This document shows positions 37,880 to 49,634 of a stretch of 64,000 nucleotides of DNA, in pieces. Position numbers and translations under genes: made by a program. The notes below the pieces were generated by a model. That model was not told where the DNA came from. It saw nothing but the letters and a program-made list of their open reading frames with translations, and did not search any database. Each line of letters starts with the position of its first letter. The stretch's first letter is position 1. This DNA is from Stegostoma tigrinum. Taxonomy: Eukaryota. The stretch lies in contig NC_081385.1 in assembly GCF_030684315.1 (NCBI RefSeq), positions 12,558,606 to 12,622,605 on the forward strand, written 5' to 3'.

Positions 37880-38330
37880 GCAAGGTACTCCCGTCAGGCT
37901 GCAAGTTACCTAGTGTTGCACATGACCCAAAGCCAGGGCCAGCTCGGAGCTCACTCAGATCGGCGGTACAACAAATGGTTTGCCTCCTGTTTTTCACACA
38001 CACAAAACCCAGCACCTTGCGTAAGGCTCCTGCACCAACCTGGCCCCATTAACTGCGGGCCCGAAATAATTGCCCCGTTTAGTGCAGTGTGCTGCTCCTC
38101 CCAGGCTGCGGAGAATTGGCCTTTCCCACCCCGTGCAGCCCGAGGCCAGCGGCCTCACCGCTCCTGCTGAAGCTGACGGAGAAGCTTTCACTGCAAGCTC
38201 CCAGGCCCGCAAGCAGCAGCAGCCCCCGCGCTATCATAGAGAGACAGCCCCAATCTCAACTGCAGGGCCTGCCCGCCACAAACACAGCGACACCAGCCAG
38301 TGGTGCTGAAACTACTAAAGGTTAAATGCT
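37880..38330. promoter_or_regulatory. CpG-rich putative bidirectional promoter / 5' exons of FDXACB1 and CFAP68
   Basis: GC/CpG-rich patch between two divergently oriented genes. Candidate donors on both strands: minus GTGAGG at 38158, plus GTAAGG at 38021. Confidence 0.6.
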
Positions 38331-38689
38331 AAAAGGTTTTCTGAAGAAGGGTCCCGACCCGAAACTTCGACTCTCCTGTTCCTCTGATGCTGCCTGACCT
38401 GCTGTGCTCCTCCACTTCCACACTGTCTCTGACTGCAGCATCTGCAGTTCTTACTATCTCCTGCTAAACACACTGCCTGTCTCACTATTCACCATCCCCC
38501 CCTCGATGTAACTTTCAATCACTTTATTTGACTTTCGTCTCTCGATACATTAGTCCCAGCTACATTTCTTTTTAATACTTCCACGCTTCATGTTTCTTTT
38601 CAATCCTTTCATTCGTTTGATTTCAAGCTGGCTTTCTTGTTAATTTAACCGCAGGGTCTGGTTGGGGATCAGGGGAGGATCTGAATGGA

Positions 38690-40300
38690 GAGATATTTGT
38701 ATCATGGATAGTCACAGGTAAGGTGCTGGAAAACTGATGGGTGGCTAATGTGGTGTCACTGTTTTAAGAAAGTCAGTATGGGAAGTGTAGACCAGTGACC
38801 CTGAAGTCAGTAGTGTGTAAGTTGTTGGAGGGGATTCTGAGCAACAGGATTTACATGTATTTGGAAGGGCAAGGATGGATTAGGGAGAGTCAGCATGGCT
38901 TTGTGCATGGGAAATCGTGTCTCACTAACTTGATTGAGTTTTTTGAAAAAGTGACAAAGATGAATGCTAAAGGCAGAGCAGTTGACATTGTCTGTATGGA
39001 CTTTAGCAAGGCATTCGACAAGGTTCCACTGGTAGACTGGTTAGCAAGGTTAGATCACGTTGAGTCAAAGGGAGAGCTAACGATTTGGATACAAAATTGG
39101 CTCAAAGATAGGAAACAGAGGCTGGTATGGAGCATTGTTTTTTGGACTGGAGGCCTGTGACCACAAGGTTTGGTGCTAGGTCCACTGACTTTTTGTCATT
39201 TATACAAATTATTTGGGTGTGAATATAGGAGGGGTGGTGGGTAAGTTGCAGATGACACCAAATTGGAAGTGTAGAGGACAGTGAAGAAGGTTACCTCAGA
39301 GTACAATGGGACATTGATCCAACGGGCCAATTGGCCAAGGAGTATCAGATGCTGTTTAATTAGATAAATGTGAGGTGTTGCATTTTGGTAAGGCACTTAA
39401 TGGTAGGATCCTGGGGAGTGTTTCCAAACAAAGGGACCTTGGAGTACAGGCTCATAGTTTCTTGGAAGTGGAGTTGCAGGTGGACAGGGTAGTGAAGAAG
39501 GTGTTTGGAACGCTTGCCTCTATTGGTCAATACATTGAATATAAGAGTTGGGATGTCATGTTGCAGCTGAACAGGACGTGGTTTAGGCCATGTTTGGAAC
39601 ACTACATTCAGTTCTGGTCTCCTTGCTGTAGGGAAGATGTTGTGAAAGCTAAAGGATTCAGAAAAAATTTACAAGGATGTTGCCAGAGTTGGAGGGTTTG
39701 AGCTGCAGGGACAGGCTGAATAGACTGGGACTATTTTCCCTGGAGTGTGGGAGACTGAGGGGTGACCTTGTAGTGGTTTATAAAATCAGGAAGGGAATGG
39801 ATAGGATGAATAACCAAGGACTTTTTCCCTGAGAAGAGGAGTCCAAAACCAGAGGATTTAAGGTGAGAGGGAAAAGATTTAAAGGGGACCTAAGGGGCAA
39901 CTTTTTCACACAGAGGGTGGTGCATGTACAGAATGAACTGCCAGAGGAAGTGGTGGAGGCTGGTACATTTACAACATTTAAAAGGCATCTGGAAGGGGAC
40001 ATGAATAGGAAGATCAGAAGTCACATGATATCAGGTTTTAGTCCAACACGTTTATTTGAAATCGCAAACTTTCAGAGGGCTGCTCCTTTGTCAGGTGAAT
40101 GGACTATAACCTGGTATCATGTGACTTCTGACTTTGTCTACCTCAATCCAATACTAGTACCTCCGCATCATGAATTGGAAGGATATAGAGGGATATAGGC
40201 CAAATATTGGCAAAGAGGACTAGATTAACTGAGGATATCTAGTTGGCATGGACAAGTTAGATTGAAGGCCCTGTTTCTCTGCCAGACAACTCAATGATTA
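38690..40300 (+). mobile_element. Decayed CR1-like LINE
   Basis: QHGFVHGKSCLTNLIEFFE, MDFSKAFDKVP, FFTQRVV, with frameshifts. Confidence 0.9.
40013..40168. mobile_element. PLE-derived fold-back element of a different family nested in a CR1 LINE, 13-bp TSD
   Basis: TSD catgaataggaag / catgaattggaag (40000-40012, 40169-40181). Inverted agaagtcacatgata / tatcatgtgacttct. Decayed hammerhead-like core on minus. Confidence 0.7.
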
Positions 40301-40379
40301 TATTAGGGGATGGTCCAAATGGGGATCCAGGAGGATCTGTGTGAAGGTCAGGGTCTTTCAGATGCATGCTATTCAAAAA

Positions 40380-41950
40380 CAGAGGGAGACAGAAAGCAGG
40401 AAACTATAGACCAGTTAACTTAATATCTGTCATTGGGAAATTATTAGAATCCATTAAGTAAGATCAGGACTTTTTGAAAGACCAAATAGAATCCATCAGA
40501 GTCAGCATGGCTTAATGAAGGGTAAATCATGTTTGACTACTTTGGTAGAGCTTATTGAAGATGTAACAAGCAAAGTGGATAATAGGGACCCTGTAGATGT
40601 GGTGTATCTAGAATCTTTTGATAAGGTGTTGCCCAAAATTTTATTGCACAAAGTGAGATCACATGGAATTGGTGTAATTTATTAGCTTGGATGGAAGATT
40701 GGCTGACCAACAGAAAGCAGAAAGTTGGGATAAATGGGACGTTCTCTGGTTGGCAACATATAACTGGAGAGGATTCAGCCCTTGGGCCTCAACTATTCAC
40801 AATCTATATTAATTACTTGGATGCTGGGATGGAAATACTACAAACAAATTTGCAAATGACCTTAAAATAGTTGAAAAAGTAAGATGCAATAAAGAAATAA
40901 GAAGTTCACAATTAGATATGGATAGGGTAGGTGAATGGGCCAAAATCTGGCACATGGAGATAATAAGGACTGCATATGCTGGAAGCCCGAGTCTATGGGT
41001 GTGAGACTGGAAAAGGATAGCAGGTCAGATAACATCCAAGGAGCAAGAAAGTCAATGTTTCAAGCCAAAACCCTTCATCAGGACAGTCCTGACGAAAGGT
41101 TCAACTGGAAATGTTCTCCTTGGATGCCATTGACCTGTTATGCTTTCCCTGCCTCACATTTTTAGCAGATGGTGTTTAACATGAATAGTTATGAGGTCAT
41201 CCATTTTGGTTGGATGAATTGAAAGACAACTTAATATCCAAATGGAGAAAAACCTCAGTGCGCTTTGGTGCAGAGAGATCTGAGTGTCCTTAGACATGAT
41301 TCACCGAAATCAAAGTTCAGCAAGGTACAATGGAAGGCAGCTAAAATTTGGCATTTATTATTCAAGGAATAGAGGGTAACGTAGGGAAGTGTTGCTGCAA
41401 CTGTACAAGGTGTTAACTGCACCTGGAGTTTTGCATACAGGCCCCTTTACTTGAGGAGGGATATAGAAGAATTAGTGCTATTTGAAGGAGGTTTATTAGA
41501 TTGATTCCAGTGGTGAGGGGTTTGTCTTATGAAGAGAACTTGAGCAGTTTAAGCCTATACTCTCTGGAGTCTATAAGAATGAGAGGATGTCTAATTGAGG
41601 GATAAATGATGTTAAAGGGAATTGACAAAGTAGATGTAGAGGCGATGTTTCCTCATGTGGGGCAATCTAGAATGAGAGGTTTTAGCTTTAGGATAAGGCG
41701 GTGGCAGATTTAAAACAGAGATGGGGAGAAATTACTTTTCTCAAAAGATTGTGAATCTGGCCACAAGGGTGGTGGATGCCAGGAGATTAAGTACATTTAA
41801 AGAGGAGACAAACATTTTTAGTTAGTAACATATTAAAGGGTTATGAGGAGCAGACAGGAAAGTGGAGAAATGAGATTAACCATGATTGTATTCAACAGCA
41901 GATTAGGCTTGAAGAGCAGAATTGCCTATTCCTGCCCCTCGATCATACGT
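40380..41950 (+). mobile_element. Older decayed CR1-like LINE, interrupted by a fold-back PLE-derived element (~40965-41165)
   Basis: Degenerate RT nucleotide motifs (aactatagaccagtt, agtcagcatggctt, aaatcatgtttgact). The nested element is centred on cccttcatcaggac-a-gtcctgacgaaagg. Confidence 0.75.
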
Positions 41951-42758
41951 TCTAGCTTACTGCACTGTTCAATTTTCTCAGTATAATATCTCTGATCAGA
42001 TCAAAGTACTATTCACAGCAGCTGGACAAAAACCTGGATGCTGCCCTCGCAGAGTATGCCTGAAAAATTCATGTTCTAATTCCAGTGTTTGGTTTGAGAA
42101 AAGTCTACAGAGATTCACACTGAATTCCGCTTGATGTTTAAGCCAGTATAAATGCCAAGTACATTCACTGGTATTGTACGCAAATGAGTTTCTACTAAAG
42201 TTAACGCTGGTGGCTATGTGCTGTAAATTGCTGGAATCAATCTAGTAAACTTCTTTTGAATTGCACTTAAACTGTCTATATCCCTCCTCAAGTAAAGGGG
42301 CCTGTATGCAAAACTCCAGGTGCAGTCTCATTAACACCTTGTATAGTTGCAGCATACTTTCCTACTTTATACGCTATTCTTACTCCTATTCTTTGCATGT
42401 AAATTGATTATTAATTGGAAACACAGGTGATTTGATAATGGTCAACAGAGTTGGAAATTAACATGCGTTAACGTTTTATTCCCATCAACAAATTAACATG
42501 TCGATGGGAAGTAAAAGTTTAGTTGTGCATGAAAGCACTTCTGGATGTAAACAAAAAGGAGACTTTGTGCCCACAATTGGAAATCAATGTGTGACTTGTT
42601 TTGCTGGCTCTGTGATGTAATTAACAATGGAATTAAGTATCTGTCACCAAGTCCCATTTCCAAGGCAACCAATACCTCACACATTGTCGCGCAGGTTAGT
42701 TGCAGGGCTCTCACTCGGTTAGCTGCTGTGGCCAGATTATAGACATTCACACTTCATC

Positions 42759-42956
42759 ATGGCAGCCGATGACCAATTTTTCTCAGAGGAAGACACATGT
42801 CCAATTTACCGGGGTCCGTCGGATCGTTTCGGATCACATATCGAGTATAATCCTGACGGGGATAACCGCTATTCTCCTCAAACTCTCATTGGAAAATGGT
42901 TTGAAGAGAGGATTGGGATCAATGAAATTAGGAAACTGAAGCCTTTGAGATCACAG
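42759..42956 (+). CDS. CFAP68: CFAP68/C11orf1 (UPF0686, ciliary microtubule inner protein) first coding exon
   Basis: MAADDQ...NRYSPQTLIGKWFEERIGINEIRKLKPLRSQ resembles C11orf1 YSNRTLMGNWNQER...KPLPSQ. GTAAAC donor, 198 nt, phase 0. Syntenic position. N-terminal start is less certain. Confidence 0.8.
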
Positions 42957-44429
42957 GTAAACAATGTTTTTAACCTGGCTTCCTTCCTGGTTGGAGACAT
43001 GTTTTGTTTGCATTGGTTTGATAGTCATTGCTGACACAAACCACAGGTAAACAGGTGTGATGGGTTAAACTGACTTGACATTTAGTATTTGGGGATCTGT
43101 CTTGCACTGCGGACCGAGTGATCCCTCCATGTCTACTGCCAGTGATCTTATTGTGCATCATCTAGGTCTCTGCTTTACTTAAAGTTTGGCTGTTTTCTGG
43201 TTCTTGGAAGATCCAGCAGACCCCTTTACTTACACAGCGTAGTACATTAAGTTGATTTCTTCAATACAGCTCTCCAGGAGAAGTCATTCCATCCTCTGCT
43301 CAGTCCGAATAACCTGTGACTTATGTCACTGTTACATCTCCTAAAATTAACATATGCATTTTCATTATGCAACCTGTACTGAGGATTAATTATTCACTTA
43401 TTTTGAATTAAAAGAGAAATCCAAAAATGTACTGGGTAGGATGTGAAGTCTTTTTTAAAGTTCACAAGCCTTTAAATAAAGTTTTCTTTATGATTTTTTT
43501 TGGAGGGATACATCGTGGGCCTACACCATGTGAAGTTTAGAACAGTGAGAAGTAATTTAATAGAAATGAGCAAAATTCTGAAGTGGTTTCTTGCAGTAGA
43601 TACTGGCTTGGCTATCCAGAAAAGTGGGGAGGGTCATTGTCTAAGCATATGCGGCTGATCGTTTGGAATGAGAGAAGAAATTTCTTCACTCAAAGCATGA
43701 ATGTTTTAGTCCAGAGGGTTTTGACGGCTGTAGGGTATATTTAAGGCTGAGATTTAACCTCTCGGGGATCCAAGGGTTAAACACAGTGGGCATGAGAAAG
43801 GAACTGAGGCAGAAGATCAGCTCTGATCATTCTGAGTGTCAGAACAGGCTCAAAAGGCCTTGCTTCTACTTGTTAGATTCTCATGTTCTTATTTTTCTGT
43901 GTTTCAGTGATAGCAGAGTCAGAGAACTGTATTTAAGCCTCACAAGTCTCAGCTACCACTCTATCTCAGTTCTTATTCGGTCCAGAAGAGCAAGCCTCTT
44001 GGTTTCTTGACTGATATTTATCCATTTTGATAATAAGGTTAAACATAGTGATAGATTCAAGCAGAGACTTACCAGGGTGTAGCAGAAAGAGAAAGGGCAA
44101 CCAGCTTTGGCTCATAGATAAACTGGTATCTTGGAATAGTTCAGATGTTGCAGTGGTAGTAATGTTGAAGCTGTCAGTGTTTAGTGCCATTTCTCCACTG
44201 AAACTGACAGCAAATTTGAGAGACTGAAAATGCACTGGATAAAGTGGAAATCTAGAAGTCACTCTTTATGATTCTGTGACAACCCAAAGGGTGTGCTCTT
44301 GAGATTGTCCCTGACTCTGCAGAAATGCGATCGATGGGAAATCTATGAACTGACGCTACATTCCACGTTTGCTTAAAACCAAGTTACACCTTGTTGAATA
44401 AAATGTAGCTGGGTTAATAGATAATTACT

Positions 44430-45620
44430 GCTAAACACTCCCAGTGGCCGTAAAAGTCCATTTTTTTAATGACACACAGCTCCTGTTTATTGACTGCAAA
44501 GGTCTGCAAGTTTCCGTCAGGATGCTGCCTATCTTTTATCAGGACCTGATCAATGACTGGAACATGGGCAACTTGCACTGGGTCTTCCCACTGTCAGGAG
44601 TAGAGGTTACCCTCAGCATTCTGCACCATTGTGGGTTTGAGTGGCTAGCAGAGGGGAGGGCTGTGGCTGCAGGGGGTGTTACCAGAGTTGGGGATGTGTG
44701 GCTGGCAGAGGCCAGGGCTGAATGTTGCTCCAGGAATTGGGAAACAGGGCAGCAGTGGACATCCACCTCATTGCTGATGCCTTCCGTTGTCTGAAAAGGG
44801 CGTTGTTCGGACCTGACTTCATGTGCCAGTTGGGAGGATGTTCAGCTTTGCAGTGGAATCCCGTCTCCGTGTACCCCTATTTGAATGGAATTTCACACTG
44901 GTATCAGGATCATGTACCTCCCTTAGGAGCATGCATCCTACAACCTGAGCCAATTCCTGAATAAGTGTAGTGTGTCTTTCTACTTTCCGTAATGGTGGTT
45001 TTTGTACTGCTGCACACCATCCACCTCAAAGCTTAACACCTGCTGACGAGACACACCTTAGCATGTTAAATTGTCACCAGGTGAAGGGATCACCATTGGC
45101 GGGCCCTTTACACGGGAGTCCTCTCATTTTCCATTGGGGACCTGGGTTGGTGTGTGTATCATGCAGCAGTCCTGAAGAACTGCAGATTGCAGCAGTTCAT
45201 AGACTCACAGCTGAACTGATTATTTTGCAACACTGTGGAGTCTGTGGGCCCTGTGTATATTGGCCGTGGGGTTTGCACTCCTGTTATAGTTATTTGAAAA
45301 ATCTTTTGTTGTGTTTTTCGTTGTATTTTAGCTCCATGCTCCTGATCTTTGCACACCCAGTACTGAGGGGCGTGCGCAGATTGGAGGATCTCCTCATGGC
45401 TCTGGTCCTGGGCCTGTCCTGACTGGCTATAAGTGGACTGTGGGGGGAGCTGTTTCTGCTGATTGCCTGCCCTCTTCTGCAGTTATGTTTGAGCCTGCGT
45501 GTCATTGGAAAGGGAGCACTCAGAGTCCACTAACGCTCTTGATGCCTTTAGAGAGAGGTTGGCACCACAGAGGATGGACTGCTTTATTTTCCCCTTCAAC
45601 TCCATTTTAAATAGACCCCT
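44430..45620 (+). mobile_element. Decayed Tx1/L1-clade non-LTR retrotransposon 3' fragment
   Basis: Degenerate C-terminal peptides (LLMALVLGL, SLEREHSESTNALDAFRERLAPQ) reminiscent of Tx1-like ORF2 ends, with many stops. Confidence 0.55.
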
Positions 45621-45890
45621 CCTTTTCTCTCTATTCACCCCCATCCTCATATTTTTGATGTCAGCATTGCCCCTAACAGGCTTTGCTTGTAAATATATAA
45701 TGGGCTGTACTGTGTTTTCCAGGTGGTGGAAAAAATATTATAAGATCTATTCACAATGGTGTATTTTCTTCTGTCTCACTATGTATAAAACTACAGGTGA
45801 TTTGGAAAAATGAATTTAAAAAGTCAATTTTATATTAAGAGAATGGCACATTTCAATTATGATTTAAAAAAAGACATTTTTAGATTTAGT

Positions 45891-46101
45891 GATAATGGGA
45901 ACTGCAGATGCTGGAGAATCCAAGATAATAAAATGTGAGGCTGGATGAACGCAGCAGGCCCAGCAGCATCTCAGGAGCACAAAAGCTGATGTTTCGGGCC
46001 TAGACCCTTCATCAGAGAGGGTCTCGGCCCGAAACGTCAGCTTTTGTGCTCCTGAGATGCTGCTGGGCCTGTTGTGTTCATCCAGCCTCACATTTTATTA
46101 T
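45891..46101. mobile_element. Fold-back PLE-derived short element, 16-bp TSD
   Basis: TSD catttttagatttagt at 45875-45890 and 46102-46117. Minus-strand core CTGATGAAGGGTCTAGGCCCGAAACATC at 45988-46015. Confidence 0.85.
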
Positions 46102-46707
46102 CATTTTTAGATTTAGTTTTGTTTACCTTTATTCCAGCTTTTACCTTGATCCAATCATAATCATTTACTTTTCTATCTGAAAATATCTTAATTCAAAATG
46201 AAGGATAAAATATTTTAACTTCCTACTTTGTTGTCTTTGGGAATACTTCAATGTGATTGGCTATGTGCCCAGTTGCTTTTACTGCTGCTGGTTGCCTGGA
46301 GATTCCCTGGGGATGAAGTGTCGGTGGAAAAAACAAGTCCATACCACAGAGATTGCGAGATCTTTGTGGGCATTTGTCTTTGGGTCAAGGATAACATGAC
46401 AGCTTTGCAATTGGCCAGAAAATCCAGGCCTATGTTAAAAATGTAGGGACAATGATTTTTAACTAAAGCAGGAGACCTAATTTCAACTCAATTGTTGAAG
46501 ATCATCCTAGTACTCTCAAGTAGAAATTGTTCAGCTCATATCACTTAATAAGCTTTTGACACTAAATTCTCATTTTGTTGTGTTATTTCTGAGTGCATAA
46601 TTTAATGGAGTTTCTTTTGATTGCAGAAAAAGTGCTGCTTTCACAGAGGTGGACAATATTAGGTAAAAGCAGAAATTATTAACCTATTTAGTTCCCTTTA
46701 CTTGCAG

Positions 46708-46771
46708 TATGAATATGTCTATCGCACAATATATGGGGATTCCTATAACAAGGAAGAGAAGCGACATGAGT
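46708..46771 (+). CDS. CFAP68: CFAP68/C11orf1 second coding exon
   Basis: cttgcag acceptor, GTAAGT donor, 64 nt. YEYVYRTIYGDSYNKEEKRHE (cf. human HYFETTYDTSYN). Confidence 0.85.
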
Positions 46772-47114
46772 GTAAGTAGTAATAGATTGTTTATCATACA
46801 CTTAAACTAATAGTTAATCAAGAAAGTACCTTCCATCATGACTGAAGATGTCAGTTTTATTGGTGCTAATTATAAGGCCATTGTATTTTGAATTTGCAGT
46901 ACTTACCTTTCTAAACTCTTGGATAAAAAATTTATCTAATACAGTAATGAGAACTTATGTATAATTAGAGGGTGCCTTGGAACAGATGGGCATAGAATTT
47001 GGGAGTAATCACTGGTGATGGAAGGAAAGCTGCAAAAGACAAGGAGAGTCAGAAGAGAGAACAGTGTATGTAAGGATCTAACTAAAGAAAACCATAACCA
47101 AAGTAGGTTCAGGA

Positions 47115-47250
47115 CCTGAGGAAGAGTCACCAGGCCCGAAAAATTATCTGTTTTCTTCCTTCACAGATACTGCCAGACTTACTGAGCTTTTCCAGCAACT
47201 TTGTTTTTTGTTTTGTTTACAGCATTTGCAGTTCTTTCATTTTTTTTATT
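47115..47250 (+). mobile_element. PLE terminal-repeat insertion (acagatgctgccagac family), 11-bp TSD
   Basis: TSD taggttcagga at 47104-47114 and 47251-47261. Begins cCTGAGGAAGAGTCACCAGGCCCGAAA. Related copies at ~650, 1160, 3510, 6090, 6890, 8660, 11580, 29020, 31630, 35460, 35930, 56590, 62650, 62880, 63590. Confidence 0.75.
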
Positions 47251-48580
47251 TAGGTTCAGGATGTGCCGGGACAAGATTTGAAAACAAGTGTGTGTCAATG
47301 AAGTTGACAGAGTGGGTTAAAAGAAATTAGTGGCACTTAGGATGGTTGTACCTAGATTCCCTCATGCATTGGATATACATCACTAAACACTCTGTTTAAG
47401 TCATCAAAATAATCACTAAAATATAAAATGCTTCAGTGGTATGTTCAAATGTGCTCATTTGCCTGTTAATCATTCCAACTGTGATATCACTTGGCTATGT
47501 GGCTTTCTGAGTCAGGCCTTCTTACATGTCAGAAAATATGGTAATAACAGTAACATCATCTACTGCCAAATTGTGCCTTATATACTCTATTAGCATATTG
47601 ATATTAGCTGTACAAATGTCTTTGTGATGGAAGGAAATTGATCAGGTGAGTTGAGACAATATATGGAAGTAGATGGAAAGATTTAGTGGTGAAGACCTGA
47701 TGTAGCAGAAACCATACCATACACACAAATTGAACTATTTTATGCAAAACAATAATAAACACACAAGGCTGCATTAGGTACCAAATAATAACCTATGCTC
47801 ATTTTTAAAAGAGGGAATTAATCCAGAGTTTAGAGCCATGATTAGAATGTTCAGCACTCAGTGCCTTAAATAATGATAAAATTCTTAATTGGAGCTCTTT
47901 AATCTATACCCTATAACCATTTATTCAGCTGGGGAGGTACTGAACTCAAGTCTATGGAGAGGTACAGCTTATGCAACTGAAATAAATAACAGTAAAGTAA
48001 TTACAACCTTTTAAAGGCATATGTGAAGTACTATAAGTTGTACACATCTGTATATGTGTGGTTGAAATTGCTATGGTGTATTTTACTAAAAAAAGATGAT
48101 ACATACAAATCAAGAGCAGGAGTAGGGCATCCAGCCCATAGAGCCTGCTCCACCATTGAACAAAATCAATGCTGATCTGATTGCAATCTCAAATCCACAC
48201 TCCTGCCTCCTGCAATAACTCTCAAACCCTTGCATAGAAGAATCAACCGACTTCAACCTTAAAACTATTCAAGGGCTCTGCTTCCACCACCTTTTTAGGA
48301 AACAAGTTCCCAAGACTCAGAACCCTGTCAGAGAAAAATAGTCTCTGTTTTAAATGGGTGACCCAAAAGCAGTGACCCACAATTCTAGATATTCCTGTAA
48401 GTGGAGTCAGCCTCTCCATACGTACTGTGTCAAATTCCCAGGGTTTTATATATTTAAATCAGACAGCTTCTTATCCTTTCAAATTTCAGAGGATACAAAC
48501 CTAGTCTGTTCAACGTTTCCTCATAAGACAACCTGTCCATTCTAGGTATTAGTCTGGTAAATCTTTTCTAAACTGCCTTC

Positions 48581-48817
48581 TGAAATAGCACCACCGAGGC
48601 CTGTACCCCATCAGTACATCACCCTTTATTTTCAAAAGCATAGTACTTGACACTGGTCCCGGCTTCCTCAGAGCCAGCTCTCAGAGTGAATAGAACCTCT
48701 GATACTCCTGTTTACATCTGTCAGCCAGGGCTCCCTGATTGGAGCAGATTAACAGCCCCAATCAGGGAACTCATATTTTACACTGCCCGACTGGCTGACC
48801 CCATTATAATCACTACA
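48581..48817 (-). mobile_element. Solo LTR (~237 bp) nested in an old CR1-like LINE
   Basis: TG...CA termini (TGTAGT start on minus), AATAAA on minus at ~48625-48630, near-perfect 5-bp TSD ccttc/ctttc. Confidence 0.7.
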
Positions 48818-49570
48818 CTTTCAATATACTTACATCCTTACTTAAATAGGGTGTCCATTACTATGTACAGTACTCCAGACAGACTCATCAATGCCATGTA
48901 TAAGGGAAGCATATTGATATTAACTGTACAAATGTCTTTGTGATGGAAGGATATTGATAAGGTGAGTTGAGACAAGTTTTTGTGTCCAGTTCACCTTGTG
49001 ATAATTGCTAATATTTTATTAGCTTTCCTATTTACTCGTGCTTACGTACTAAAATTTTGCTGGGACTAAGTTTGTGCAGTTAGGTAAGAAAGTTTTCTTT
49101 TTACTTTGTAAAATCTAATTTAATTTGTATTTTGCACTTGGCATTGAACTGAATCTACAGTTTAAATTCTGTCAATGCAATCCTTAATAAATCGGTTTTT
49201 CTAAGGATTTCAGTGAAAGAGCAGTTTAATTAACAACCAGCTGAAACTGGATTCTCTTTAAGTGAGTTAGATGCCCTATTGAATTAGGATCATAAAAAAT
49301 TAAATAACTGAGTGTGACCCAACACTTGAATGCCATTGAGAATAGAGTTAAGAATTTCCAGGATTTAAGCTGAGAACGTGAAACAGGTGGTTTATTGCTT
49401 TTAACTGAACATTTTCAGCTTCCAGGAATTGATTATTGCAGTGCTGCAGAAGAAGAGTCTGGTGAGTATCTGGGATAATGGGAACTGCGGATGCTGGAGA
49501 ATCCAAGATAATAAAGTGTGAAGCTGGATGAACACAGCAGGCCAAGCAGCATCTCAGGGGCACAAAAGCT

Positions 49571-49598
49571 GACGTTTCGGGCCTAGACCCTTCATCAG
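49571..49598 (-). ncRNA. Minimal hammerhead ribozyme core (PLE type)
   Basis: On minus: CTGATGA-A-GGGT(CTAG)GCCC-GAAAC-GTC. Confidence 0.6.
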
Positions 49599-49606
49599 AG
49601 AGGGGT

Positions 49607-49634
49607 CTGATGAAGGGTCCAGGCCCGAAACGTC
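49607..49634 (+). ncRNA. Minimal hammerhead ribozyme core (PLE type)
   Basis: CTGATGA-A-GGGT(CCAG)GCCC-GAAAC-GTC. Helix I is very weak, so activity is unproven. Confidence 0.6.

Noticed and set aside
45864-46091. Recurrent peptide LLRCCLACCVHPASHFVILDSPASAV in several ORFs
   Set aside because: Translation of the family-A repeat, not a gene family.
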